A stretch of 64,000 nt of DNA from Nereida sp. GTDB taxonomy: Bacteria; Pseudomonadota; Alphaproteobacteria; Rhodobacterales; Rhodobacteraceae. Location of the stretch: NCBI RefSeq assembly GCF_965655635.1, contig NZ_CBFHHE010000004.1:30158-94157 (forward strand). Reading direction: 5' to 3'. The position numbers and the translations under genes are program-made. Each line of letters opens with the position of its first letter. Within the stretch, counting starts at the first letter, position 1. The notes under the pieces are model-generated. The model made no database searches and was not told where the DNA came from. It was given only the letters and a program-made list of their open reading frames with translations. This document shows, one piece after another, positions 9,263 through 18,584 of this stretch.

Positions 9263-11149
9263 ATGTCCATTTTCGCATCGAAAGATGACATCACTGCGAT
9301 CAATAACGCGATGCCCTATGAGGACCGCGACAGGCCAGCGACGATGTATGCGTTTATGAAGGATGTTAAAGACCGTTTCGGGTCGCGCCCTGCGATTTCG
9401 TATCAGATTTTCTCTGGTCCGAAAGATGCAGCTGAGACGCTGACTTGGGATGAGTTTTTCGTGCGCAGTGTTCAGGCTGCTAACTTGTTCCGCAGTCTTG
9501 GTGTTGGTGAAAAAGACACAGTGGCATTTGTGTTGCCCAACTGTAATGAGACGGCGGCGACAGTCATTGGCGGTATGATCGCGGGCATCGTGAACCCTGT
9601 GAACCCGCTTTTGGACGCCACACAAATCGGGGCCATTCTGCGCGAGACAAAAGCCAAAGTTGTTGTCACGCTGAAGGCGTTTCCAAAAACTGACGTGGCA
9701 CAAAAAACTGCCGAAGCGGTGGCACTTGCGCCGAATGTTAAGCATGTGATTGAGGTTGATCTGCTGCGGTATGTGACCGGCGTCAAGAAGATGATCATCC
9801 CGCTGATCCGTCCCAAAAACCCTGTCAGCCACAACGCCAAAGTGCACCAATGGGATACTGCGGTGGGTGCACAGAACACGACGCTTGATTTTGCTGACAG
9901 TGAAGGTGACCGCGTGGCGGCTTACTTCCACACGGGCGGTACCACGGGCATGCCAAAAGTGGCGCAGCACCGCTATTCGGGGATGATTTACAACGGCTGG
10001 ATCGGTGACACGCTGCTGTTTACGGAAGAAGATAATGTGATCTGTCCGCTACCGATGTTCCACGTTTTTGCGGTCCATGTGATCATGATGGCGATGATCA
10101 GTTCCGGCGCGCATGTGGTGTTCCCGACGCCACAAGGTTACCGCGGTGACGGGGTGTTTGATAACTTCTGGAAGCTGATCGAGCGCTGGCAGATCACGTT
10201 TGTCATTACTGTTCCGACGGCAATTTCTGCGCTGATGCAGCGTCCGGTAGATGCGGATATTTCATCGATCAAAACGGCGTTTTCAGGCTCAAGCCCGCTG
10301 CCTTTGGAGCTGTTTAAAAAGTTTGAAGGCGCGACCGGTGTGAACGTCGTTGAAGGCTACGGTCTTACCGAGGCCACATGTCTGGTCAGCTGTAATCCGG
10401 TTGGTGGCCTTAAGAAGGTTGGTTCAGTTGGATTGCCCTTGCCGTACACGGATGTGAAAATCCTGATGGACACCGCTGATGGTCCCAAAGAAATGGGCGT
10501 TGATGAGATCGGTGAGGTTTGTGTTGATAACCACGGTGTCTATGCGGGCAATACCTATACAGAGGCCGAGAAGAACCAAAACCTCTATCATTTTGACACA
10601 TATTTGCGCACGGGCGATCTGGGTCGAATTGATGAAGACGGCTATCTTTGGATTACCGGACGGGCGAAAGATTTGATCATTCGCGGTGGTCACAACATTG
10701 ACCCTGCTGAAATCGAAGAGGCACTTGCGGGTCACGATGCGGTTGCGATGGTGGGTGCGATTGGTCAACCAGATGCGCACTCAGGCGAGTTGCCATGTGC
10801 CTATGTGGAACTTGTGCAAGGTGCGTCCGTTAGCGTCGATGAGTTGATGGAATACGCCAAGGCCAACATCCATGAACGGGCGGCTTTCCTCAAGTATATT
10901 GAGATTTTGGACGAGCTTCCCAAGACCGCGGTTGGCAAAGTCTTTAAACCTGATCTGCGAAAATCTGCGATCACGCGTATTTACGACAAGGCGCTTTCGG
11001 ATGCTGGTTTGGCGGTGCGCGTGGCCGAAGTTCAAGACAACAAGAAGCAGGGTTTGCTGGCTATGCTGACCCCCGTTGAAGGCGTGAGTGACGCGCAAGT
11101 CACTGACGTATTGGGCAGCTTCACACGGCCTTGGCAGTGGGCTGACTAA
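9263..11149 (+). CDS. Acyl-CoA synthetase (AMP-binding family)
   Basis: FHTGGTTGMPK, EGYGLTE and RTGDLG...GRAKDLIIRGGHN motifs; SD GAGGAG before ATG 9263. Confidence 0.92.
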   Translation: MSIFASKDDITAINNAMPYEDRDRPATMYAFMKDVKDRFGSRPAISYQIFSGPKDAAETLTWDEFFVRSVQAANLFRSLGVGEKDTVAFVLPNCNETAATVIGGMIAGIVNPVNPLLDATQIGAILRETKAKVVVTLKAFPKTDVAQKTAEAVALAPNVKHVIEVDLLRYVTGVKKMIIPLIRPKNPVSHNAKVHQWDTAVGAQNTTLDFADSEGDRVAAYFHTGGTTGMPKVAQHRYSGMIYNGWIGDTLLFTEEDNVICPLPMFHVFAVHVIMMAMISSGAHVVFPTPQGYRGDGVFDNFWKLIERWQITFVITVPTAISALMQRPVDADISSIKTAFSGSSPLPLELFKKFEGATGVNVVEGYGLTEATCLVSCNPVGGLKKVGSVGLPLPYTDVKILMDTADGPKEMGVDEIGEVCVDNHGVYAGNTYTEAEKNQNLYHFDTYLRTGDLGRIDEDGYLWITGRAKDLIIRGGHNIDPAEIEEALAGHDAVAMVGAIGQPDAHSGELPCAYVELVQGASVSVDELMEYAKANIHERAAFLKYIEILDELPKTAVGKVFKPDLRKSAITRIYDKALSDAGLAVRVAEVQDNKKQGLLAMLTPVEGVSDAQVTDVLGSFTRPWQWAD

Positions 11150-11317
11150 AGCGCTTCACACCATAGCGGCGTGATCGGGCTTGCAATGCGCCCGCGCGCC
11201 GCGCCATACATTGCGGTGACCCCTTAAGGTACGCGCAGGGAGGGCGGTGATACATCGTCTTGCGGGTGCTTTTTGTTAACGCGCGGTGATAAACACCGCC
11301 TCTTCAGGAGCCAACAT

Positions 11318-12817
11318 ATGCAAGAGCTAACTCATTACATTAATGGTGCCCACGTCAAAGGAACCTCGGGCCGTTTTGCGGATGTGTTCAACCCCGCTAC
11401 AGGCGAAGTTCAGGCGCAGGTGCCTTTGGCCTCTGAGGCCGAAATGGCCCATGCCGTTGAGGTTGCAGCACAGGCACAGCCTGCGTGGGCAGCCGTAAAC
11501 CCGCAGCGCCGCGCACGGGTGTTGATGAAGTTTGTTGATCTGCTTAACCGCGATATGCAAAAGCTTGCAGAGGCCCTGAGCCGCGAGCACGGCAAAACCG
11601 TTCCAGATGCCAAAGGGGACGTACAGCGCGGTCTTGAGGTGGTTGAGTATTGCATTGGTGCGCCGCATCTTTTGAAGGGCGAATACACCGACAGCGCGGG
11701 CCCCGGCATTGATATGTATTCTATGCGCCAAGCGCTTGGGGTGACGGCGGGCATTACGCCGTTTAACTTTCCTGCGATGATCCCGATGTGGATGTTTGCG
11801 CCCGCGATTGCCTGCGGTAACGCGTTTATCCTCAAGCCGTCCGAGCGTGACCCATCTGTGCCACTTATGCTTGCGGAGTTGATGGAAGAGGCCGGTTTGC
11901 CTAAAGGTATTTTGCAGGTTGTGAACGGCGATAAAGTGTCCGTCGATGCAATCCTGCACAATGACACCATTCAGTCCGTTGGCTTCGTGGGCTCTACACC
12001 GATTGCGGAATATATCTATGCGACGGGATGTGCGAACGGCAAACGCGTCCAGTGTTTTGGTGGGGCGAAAAACCACATGATCATCATGCCTGACGCGGAT
12101 ATGGACCAAGCTGCAGATGCTTTAGTTGGTGCGGGCTACGGTGCTGCTGGCGAGCGTTGCATGGCCATTTCTGTGGCCGTGCCCGTAGGCGATGAGACGG
12201 CTGACCGGTTGATCGAAAAGCTGGTGCCACGCATTGAGGCGTTGAAAGTCGGGCCGTACACTGCGGGCACTGATGTGGATTACGGCCCCGTCGTGACAGC
12301 CGCCGCAAAAGCCAACATTGAGCGTCTCGTACAAACCGGCATCGACCAAGGTGCAAAGCTGGTTGTGGATGGACGTAACTTTAACTTGCAAGGTTACGAA
12401 GACGGATTTTTCGTGGGTCCGCACCTGTTTGATGACGTCACAAGAGACATGGATATTTATAAGCACGAGATTTTCGGGCCAGTCCTGTCAACGGTGCGCG
12501 CGCAGTCCTACGAGGAAGCCCTTGGCCTTGCGATGGACCATGAATACGGCAACGGCACAGCGATCTTCACCCGTGACGGCGATGCCGCGCGTGACTTTGC
12601 CAACCGCGTGAACGTGGGCATGGTGGGGATCAACGTACCAATTCCAGTGCCGCTAGCCTACCACACATTTGGCGGCTGGAAGAAATCTGTCTTTGGCGAT
12701 TTGAACCAGCACGGACCAGATGCGTTTAAATTCTACACCCGCACCAAAACAGTCACCTCACGCTGGCCGTCAGGCATCAAAGAGGGTGGCGAGTTTTCTA
12801 TTCCTGTTATGGAATAA
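11318..12817 (+). CDS. mmsA: CoA-acylating (methyl)malonate-semialdehyde dehydrogenase
   Basis: ITPFNFPAMIP, KPSERDP, FVGSTP, GGAKNH, GAAGERCMA and EIFGPV motifs; SD AGGAG before ATG 11318. Confidence 0.94.
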   Translation: MQELTHYINGAHVKGTSGRFADVFNPATGEVQAQVPLASEAEMAHAVEVAAQAQPAWAAVNPQRRARVLMKFVDLLNRDMQKLAEALSREHGKTVPDAKGDVQRGLEVVEYCIGAPHLLKGEYTDSAGPGIDMYSMRQALGVTAGITPFNFPAMIPMWMFAPAIACGNAFILKPSERDPSVPLMLAELMEEAGLPKGILQVVNGDKVSVDAILHNDTIQSVGFVGSTPIAEYIYATGCANGKRVQCFGGAKNHMIIMPDADMDQAADALVGAGYGAAGERCMAISVAVPVGDETADRLIEKLVPRIEALKVGPYTAGTDVDYGPVVTAAAKANIERLVQTGIDQGAKLVVDGRNFNLQGYEDGFFVGPHLFDDVTRDMDIYKHEIFGPVLSTVRAQSYEEALGLAMDHEYGNGTAIFTRDGDAARDFANRVNVGMVGINVPIPVPLAYHTFGGWKKSVFGDLNQHGPDAFKFYTRTKTVTSRWPSGIKEGGEFSIPVME

Positions 12818-12858
12818 GCGGCTTTGGTTTAGTCGACGAGCTGACCGACACTAACTTG

Positions 12859-12889
12859 AAAAAGCCCTGCATGATTGTGGGGCTTTTTT
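12859..12889 (+). terminator. Rho-independent terminator (possibly bidirectional)
   Basis: AAAAAGCCCTGCA-tgat-TGTGGGGCTTTTTT. Confidence 0.85.
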
Positions 12890-13045
12890 ATGAGGGAGTT
12901 AGTTCGGTTCAGAGACGTCTGGTCTTCAATAGCGGTATTCTTAACATCGCGTAATATTGATAACTCTCAGTAAGACAGCCTATGATTGTTTTTGGGCGTT
13001 TTTTTGCGACCGTATTGAATAGTGTCGGTAACGAGTGTTGGTATA

Positions 13046-13975
13046 ATGAATGAAAAAGCGCTGATCACCGGCATTGAGGGGCAAGACGGGTCTTATTTGG
13101 CCGATTTTTTGTTAGCTAAAGGGTATGAGGTGCACGGGATCAAGCGGCGGTCTTCGTTTTTCAATACTGATCGCATTGACCACATCTACCAAGACCCACA
13201 TGTGCCAAATGCGCAGTTAAAACTTCACTACGGCGACCTGACTGACAGTTCGAATTTGACACGGATCATGCGCGAAGTAGAGCCTGATGAGGTTTATAAT
13301 CTGGGTGCGCAGTCCCATGTCGCGGTAAGTTTTGAGGCGCCTGAGTACACGGCCGATGTGGACGCGCTTGGGACGTTGCGGATGCTTGAGGCAATTCGGC
13401 TTTTGGGCCTTGAGCAAAAGACCCGCTTCTACCAAGCGTCCACGTCCGAGTTGTACGGCCTTGTTCAAGAGACCCCTCAGCGCGAGACGACGCCTTTTTA
13501 CCCACGCTCTCCGTATGCTGTGGCCAAGCTTTATAGCTATTGGATGACTGTGAATTACCGCGAGGCGTATGGGATGTATGCCTGTAACGGGATACTTTTT
13601 AACCACGAAAGTCCGCGTCGGGGTGAGACTTTCGTGACCCGTAAAATTACTCGTGGGCTGGCTAATATCGCACAAGGGTTGGAAGAATGTCTTTATATGG
13701 GCAACATCGACAGCCTTCGCGATTGGGGGCATGCGCTGGACTATGTGCGGATGCAATGGATGATGTTGCAGCAGGACGCGGCAGAGGACTTTGTGATCGC
13801 GACTGGCAAGCAATATTCCGTTCGTGAGGTCATTATATGGGCAGCGCAGGAGTTGGGGATTACGTTGGCGTTTAGTAGTTCTGACGTTGATGAAATCGCG
13901 ATAGTGGATGCCATTGAGGGTGATAGCGCCCCAGGTCTGAGCGTGAACAGCCGGAAGACTGTTGATCGCGAATAG
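13046..13975 (+). pseudogene. gmd: GDP-mannose 4,6-dehydratase, C-terminally truncated
   Basis: [15 protein letters not shown], [28 protein letters not shown] and RDWGHA are present. Homology stops at about 13945 and the conserved D..YFRP.EV..L.GD..KA...LGW tail is missing. No fcl or other sugar genes are adjacent. Confidence 0.85.
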
Positions 13976-14208
13976 CCTGCGTCTTGAACCACTTGCATGA
14001 CGTTTAAGCTGCGCAAGCTTTTCGATCGCGCGCCAAGGCGAAGTGCTGCGATCAAAAATGCGATGAAGCGATCATCTGGTACATGTTCTTGGGCGGCGGC
14101 TTCAATTTCAGGCATCCTCGCTTGGATCAGCTTATCGGGCTTGGCATTTTGAGCCTCAAAATCGAAGTCAGCGATGCCCGGGATGTCTTTGCTCATGCGT
14201 CGGCTCAT
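13942..14208 (-). pseudogene. Truncated TetR-like HTH regulator
   Basis: [21 protein letters not shown] resembles TetR helices 2-3. Directly afterwards the frame becomes antisense gmd sequence, so no ligand-binding domain follows. Confidence 0.55.
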
Positions 14209-14536
14209 ACATTGTTAATTTAGCGCCGTTCCAGCGGTAGGGGTAACAAACTATTCGCCATAGATTTACCAAATTAGTGTCAAGGTAATACTTTGCGGCA
14301 ACCTAAAGTCAACTCGCTGTGATCTCTCATGTTTAATGAATTAAAAACAATGGACTACAGGTATTTTTCGGTTTCAGTTCCATTTCCGCCCGCTCGTATT
14401 ATAAGCCAAATTTCGCTGTGCTAGCAATTTACGAGGGTGGGATAATGGTCTGAAAAAATGGGTAATATTGGCAGGACTGATAGTGCATTAAATGGTGGGG
14501 TTTTCATCGGGTTGCGTTGCAAACTGGGGTGCGCCG

Positions 14537-14812
14537 ATGATTGATACCAGCGGAAACCAACTTCTGTGGCAGGCCGTTTTAATGCGTGTGCTGCAAGACA
14601 TCCGCGACGTAAACCGCGGCGTTGACGGCTACTCGCATTTCATCTCCGCATCGCGTTGGATCGGCACTTATCCCTCCAGAGAGTTCTCCGAAGTGTGTGC
14701 GCTTGCGGGCTACGAGGCAGATTTTATCCACCCAAGATTTTTGCGCATTGTGAGAGAAACGCAAGCAAGGCTGGCGCAGCGAAAGTGTTCAGATTTGGTT
14801 GCTGCGGAGTAG
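14537..14812 (+). CDS. Hypothetical 91-aa protein (LW.AV...D...W...F..VC.LAG pattern)
   Basis: Isolated ORF with protein-like composition, ending LVAAE. The pattern is reminiscent of small phage/prophage hypotheticals (recalled, not searched). Confidence 0.65.
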   Translation: MIDTSGNQLLWQAVLMRVLQDIRDVNRGVDGYSHFISASRWIGTYPSREFSEVCALAGYEADFIHPRFLRIVRETQARLAQRKCSDLVAAE

Positions 14813-15002
14813 GCCATTGTGCAGGCGCGGCATGTTCTGATCGTATGCCGAGGATAGATCATTGCACAAAAGCGACATTTCTGACGTTTTTGGACAAAAG
14901 CTCTTGTGGCTCGGTGTCTGTTGGGGGAGGTTATGTGCAACAGTGCGCGTGAATAAGCCTTTCACCGAAGCGAACGTGCTGAAGTTCAAACGGGAGACTG
15001 AA

Positions 15003-15971
15003 ATGAAAAAGACATTACTTGGCGTTGTTGCCGCGACTTCGATGGGCCTTATGGGGACCACAGCGATGGCGGACTGCGGCGATGTATCCATTACCGAGAT
15101 GGATTGGGCGTCTTCGGCGGTTGTGACATCTGTATCAAAGTTCCTGATGGAGCAGGGTTACGGCTGCAACGTGACTGTTGTTCCGTCCTCAACAGTACCT
15201 GCGCTGACATCTGTTGCTGAAACAGGTGAGCCGGACATCGTGACCGAGACTTGGGTCAACAATCTTCCGGTTTATGAGGAACTGATCGCTTCTGGTAAGC
15301 TTATTGTTGTCGCTGATGTTCTGTCAGACGGTGGCGTTGAGGGTTGGTGGATCCCACAGTACCTTGCAGATGCGCACCCTGAGTTGCTGACAATTGAAGG
15401 CGTGGTAGCAAATCCTGATCTTGTTGGTGGACGTTTCCACGATTGTCCATCGGGTTGGGCATGTGAAATCATCAATAATAACAACGTCAAAGCCGCTAAT
15501 TTGGAAGCTAACGGTATCGAGCGCTTCCAGCATGGTTCAGGTGAGACACTCGCCACTGCGATTGCTTCTGCGTATTCTGACAAAGCGCCATGGTTTGGTT
15601 ACTACTGGGCACCAACATCTGTGCTTGGCAAATACCCAATGGTACGTGTTGATGTAGGAGAGCATGATCCAGAAGCGCATGCATGTAATAGCGATGTTAA
15701 CTGTGCCGCACCTCGACTATCGGCGTACCCGAAATCAAAAGTTACGACGGCGGTATCCGGAATGTTCGCCGACCGCGAGCCAGAGATAGTTGAGTTGATG
15801 AGTAACGTAAGCTTTACAAACGCCCAGATGGGCGAACTTCTGGCTTGGCAGCAAGATAACAATGCAAGTTATGATGAGGCTGCAGTTTACTTCCTGACGA
15901 ACAACAAAGACGTCTGGGGTAACTGGCTGAACGCAGAAGCAAAAGAAAAGCTGTCCGCACTGCTTCAGTAA
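15003..15971 (+). CDS. Glycine betaine/proline-type ABC substrate-binding protein (ProX/OpuAC family), orphan
   Basis: SD GGGAG; signal peptide MKKTLLG...AMA; CG.V.ITEMDWAS, ETW, EGWWIP and YYWAPT (Trp-rich quaternary-amine cage). Confidence 0.88.
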   Translation: MKKTLLGVVAATSMGLMGTTAMADCGDVSITEMDWASSAVVTSVSKFLMEQGYGCNVTVVPSSTVPALTSVAETGEPDIVTETWVNNLPVYEELIASGKLIVVADVLSDGGVEGWWIPQYLADAHPELLTIEGVVANPDLVGGRFHDCPSGWACEIINNNNVKAANLEANGIERFQHGSGETLATAIASAYSDKAPWFGYYWAPTSVLGKYPMVRVDVGEHDPEAHACNSDVNCAAPRLSAYPKSKVTTAVSGMFADREPEIVELMSNVSFTNAQMGELLAWQQDNNASYDEAAVYFLTNNKDVWGNWLNAEAKEKLSALLQ

Positions 15972-15990
15972 GGCTGTCTGGATAAAATAT

Positions 15991-16023
15991 AGAAACGCCC
16001 GCTCTCTTGAGTGGGCGTTTTCT
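15991..16023. terminator. Bidirectional Rho-independent terminator
   Basis: AGAAACGCCCGCTC-tctt-GAGTGGGCGTTTTCT between convergent genes. Confidence 0.82.
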
Positions 16024-16246
16024 GTTTGGGGCACACTTCTGCGCATAGTCGTTTTGATCGAACTCGATAGATCCTAGAGTTCTGATTACTATTCTTTGTG
16101 CGCTGGAAAACCTGCTGCTGAGGTGCGTTATTTGGGCTTGCATAATCACACCATGCTGACCGCGGGCCAAATGTGGCACAATTCGCATCAAAGTCCTTAG
16201 CCGTCATGATCTAGGCTCTCAGTTATTGGGCGCTATCGTTTTCCAG

Positions 16247-17128
16247 TTAGAGTCCGTTGACGGGGACTTTGAGCATTGGGTTGCCGTCTTTGTCGGTTGG
16301 GACCTCGCCTGCGCGCATGTTTACTTGGAGTGACGGGATGATCAGCTTCGGCATAGCGAGCTGTGCGTCGCGTTCCGTACGGAACTTGATAAAGTCCTCA
16401 CGTGTTTTGTCGCCGCCCACGTGGATGTTGTTGGCCTTCTCATCGGCCACTGTCGTTTCCCACTGAATGTCGCGCCCGTTGGGGCCGTAGTCGTGGCACA
16501 TGAACAAACGCATGTCGTCCGGCAGGGCCAGAACCTTCATGATGCTGTCGTAAAGCTCCTCAGCAGAGCCGCCCGGGAAATCACAGCGCGCTGACCCACC
16601 GTCGGGCATAAACAGGGTGTCGCCCGTAAAGGCCGCGTTGCCCATGACGTGCACCATACAAGCGGGCGTATGGCCGGGCGTATACATGGCAAAGCCCTGC
16701 ATATTGCCGATCATATAGGTGTCGCCGTCCTCAAACAGCGCGTCAAACTGACTGCCGTCCCGTTGGAACTCGGTCCCCTCGTTGAAGACCTTGCCAAACA
16801 CTTCCTGCACAACCGTGATCTTGTGACCAACCCCAATTTTGCCGCCCAGTCTTTGTTGAATATAGGGGGCCGCGCTTAGGTGATCCGCGTGGACATGGGT
16901 CTCGATGATCCATTCCAGCTTCAGCCTGCGCGCCTCAATCTGGCGGATCAGCTCATCGGCGTGATCAAAGGTGATGCGACCGGCTGCGTAGTCGATGTCC
17001 ATAACGCTGTCGATGATCGCGCAGGCATCAGATGTGGGGTCTTTGACGATGTAGCTGATCGTGTTTGTTGCATCATCAAAAAAGGCCTGAACGTCAGGGG
17101 TGATGTCCATGTTTACGGGGTACGTCAT
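16247..17128 (-). CDS. Persulfide (sulfur) dioxygenase, MBL fold (ETHE1/Sdo/Blh-like)
   Basis: ETHVHADH, TPGHT, GDTLFMPDGGSARCDFPGG, MCHDY and PSLQVN motifs; SD AGGAG before MTYPVN. Confidence 0.88.
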   Translation of the reverse strand: MTYPVNMDITPDVQAFFDDATNTISYIVKDPTSDACAIIDSVMDIDYAAGRITFDHADELIRQIEARRLKLEWIIETHVHADHLSAAPYIQQRLGGKIGVGHKITVVQEVFGKVFNEGTEFQRDGSQFDALFEDGDTYMIGNMQGFAMYTPGHTPACMVHVMGNAAFTGDTLFMPDGGSARCDFPGGSAEELYDSIMKVLALPDDMRLFMCHDYGPNGRDIQWETTVADEKANNIHVGGDKTREDFIKFRTERDAQLAMPKLIIPSLQVNMRAGEVPTDKDGNPMLKVPVNGL

Positions 17129-17226
17129 TGTCAATCTCCTTGGTCTCAGGTGCAGGTGGTGGCCGCAGCTTTGCGTCATCCTCAGTGTGTGGGCGGGCAG
17201 TATGCCACCAATGTGAGCGCAGTGTT

Positions 17227-17658
17227 TTATTGAGGCACAGCCGCCGTCGTCATCCGTGTCATCAGGCGTCGCAGGGCAAGTCCAACAACCACCGCAGCTA
17301 TAAACAGAACCACTTCCCAACGCCCCGTTCCAAGGGCGGGAATAGCTGCTCCGGGGCAAAACCCGGCAATGCCCCAGCCGATGCCAAATAACGCAGAGCC
17401 ACCGACAAGGTTGGGATCAATATTGGTTGCGTTTGGTACTTGGAACGTACCGCCAAACAAGGGATGCGCGCGGCGCCACACAGCGCGGTACCCAATCCCT
17501 GTGACAACCAGTGCACCACCCATCACAAAGGCGAGGCTGGGGTCCCATGTGCCTGCAATGTCAAAGAAGTTCAGCACTTTGGCTGGGTTCATCATACCCG
17601 ACAGAGCGATCCCGATACCAAAGACAAGACCTGTGAGGCCAGCAAAAATCAGTTTCAT
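17227..17658 (-). CDS. Half-size YeeE/YedE-family membrane protein
   Basis: GM.NPAKV.NF.D..G.WDPSL.FVM and FGIGWGIAGFCPG motifs. Confidence 0.9.
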   Translation of the reverse strand: MKLIFAGLTGLVFGIGIALSGMMNPAKVLNFFDIAGTWDPSLAFVMGGALVVTGIGYRAVWRRAHPLFGGTFQVPNATNIDPNLVGGSALFGIGWGIAGFCPGAAIPALGTGRWEVVLFIAAVVVGLALRRLMTRMTTAAVPQ

Positions 17659-17661
17659 GGA

Positions 17662-18093
17662 TCAGGCTCCAAATATGTGACGAATGATAAAGACGGTGAT
17701 GCCGGCGGTGGCCATAAAGGTAGGCACTGCAACAAGCGACCGAATGGAAAAGCGCGACAATCCGCAGACCCCGTGACCCGATGTGCACCCAGATCCTAAG
17801 CTTGCGCCAAACCCCACGATGATGCCGCCGATCACAATCATGGTGGGGCTTACTGGCACATCGACAGCGGGCATTGTGCCACTGACCAAAAAGATCACAC
17901 CGGGTGCAGCGATCATGCCAAGGATCATGGCAGCGCGCCACGATGCCTCTGCACGGTTTTGTGCAAAAACCAGACCGGACATGATACCGGTGGCCCCCAG
18001 AATGCGGCCAAGGCCAAGCATCAACATAACGGCGCCAAGACCAATCGCGAGGCCACCGCCAAGGGAGGCAAAAGGAGTGAAAGCTGTTTCCAT
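17662..18093 (-). CDS. Half-size YeeE/YedE-family membrane protein
   Basis: TPF.SLGGG..IG, GRILGATG and GSGCTSGHGVCGLSR.S.RS motifs; alternative start at 18105. Confidence 0.9.
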   Translation of the reverse strand: METAFTPFASLGGGLAIGLGAVMLMLGLGRILGATGIMSGLVFAQNRAEASWRAAMILGMIAAPGVIFLVSGTMPAVDVPVSPTMIVIGGIIVGFGASLGSGCTSGHGVCGLSRFSIRSLVAVPTFMATAGITVFIIRHIFGA

Positions 18094-18095
18094 GA

Positions 18096-18167
18096 TTATG
18101 TCCATCCTGTCTTGATGCCAGCCGCCGTCGTAAAACGTCGCGCCGTGCTGCTTGAATTAATGATCAT
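18096..18167 (-). CDS. Putative 23-aa leader ORF (MIINSSSTARRFTTAAGIKTGWT)
   Basis: Strong SD GAGGAGG 5 nt before the ATG; the stop ends 2 nt before the YeeE ATG. Confidence 0.3.
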   Translation of the reverse strand: MIINSSSTARRFTTAAGIKTGWT

Positions 18168-18584
18168 GAATGCCTCCTCGGGACGATAACATAGCCGAAG
18201 AATACACCCCAACAGCTGCGCCTTCAGTGACATTGTCACTTAAGGAATAAGAAGCTGAAAACATGCTGGAACAGTGTTTCATTTTCAGTAGATAGGATCA
18301 GCCTGCGCGTCCTCGCAGACATTTTCTCAGAGGCTCTGAATGTACTCTGCGCGGCTAAACACTCAATCAGCAGACTAATCCCAGCGATTGAGCCAAATGG
18401 GTATCACCTTGGTTGTACGGTAAGGTTATGCCACTTCTGAACAGACTGGCTCTAGATAGCCTAGCCCCAAACCGTAAACGTTTGAACAGGTTTGCAACTT
18501 TGATTTTGCGTTGTCAGATCAGTGTGCCGTACCTGTCGATCCGCTAGCGAAGCTCAAATTGATGACGCCTACTAAATAATGAGT

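Noticed and set aside
11243-11299. GGCGGTGATA resembles a lambda operator half-site
   Set aside because: The half-sites are in the wrong orientation for a lambda-type operator and there is no phage context.
14940-15002. CACCGAAG upstream of the betaine SBP as a glycine riboswitch
   Set aside because: The companion CUCAGG and correctly placed GGAGA elements and stems are missing.
15814-16207. Minus-strand ORFs (125 aa, 80 aa) after the PDO gene as a TIGR01244 rhodanese remnant
   Set aside because: Only vague similarity; they run across a terminator and into the SBP antisense, with no motif.
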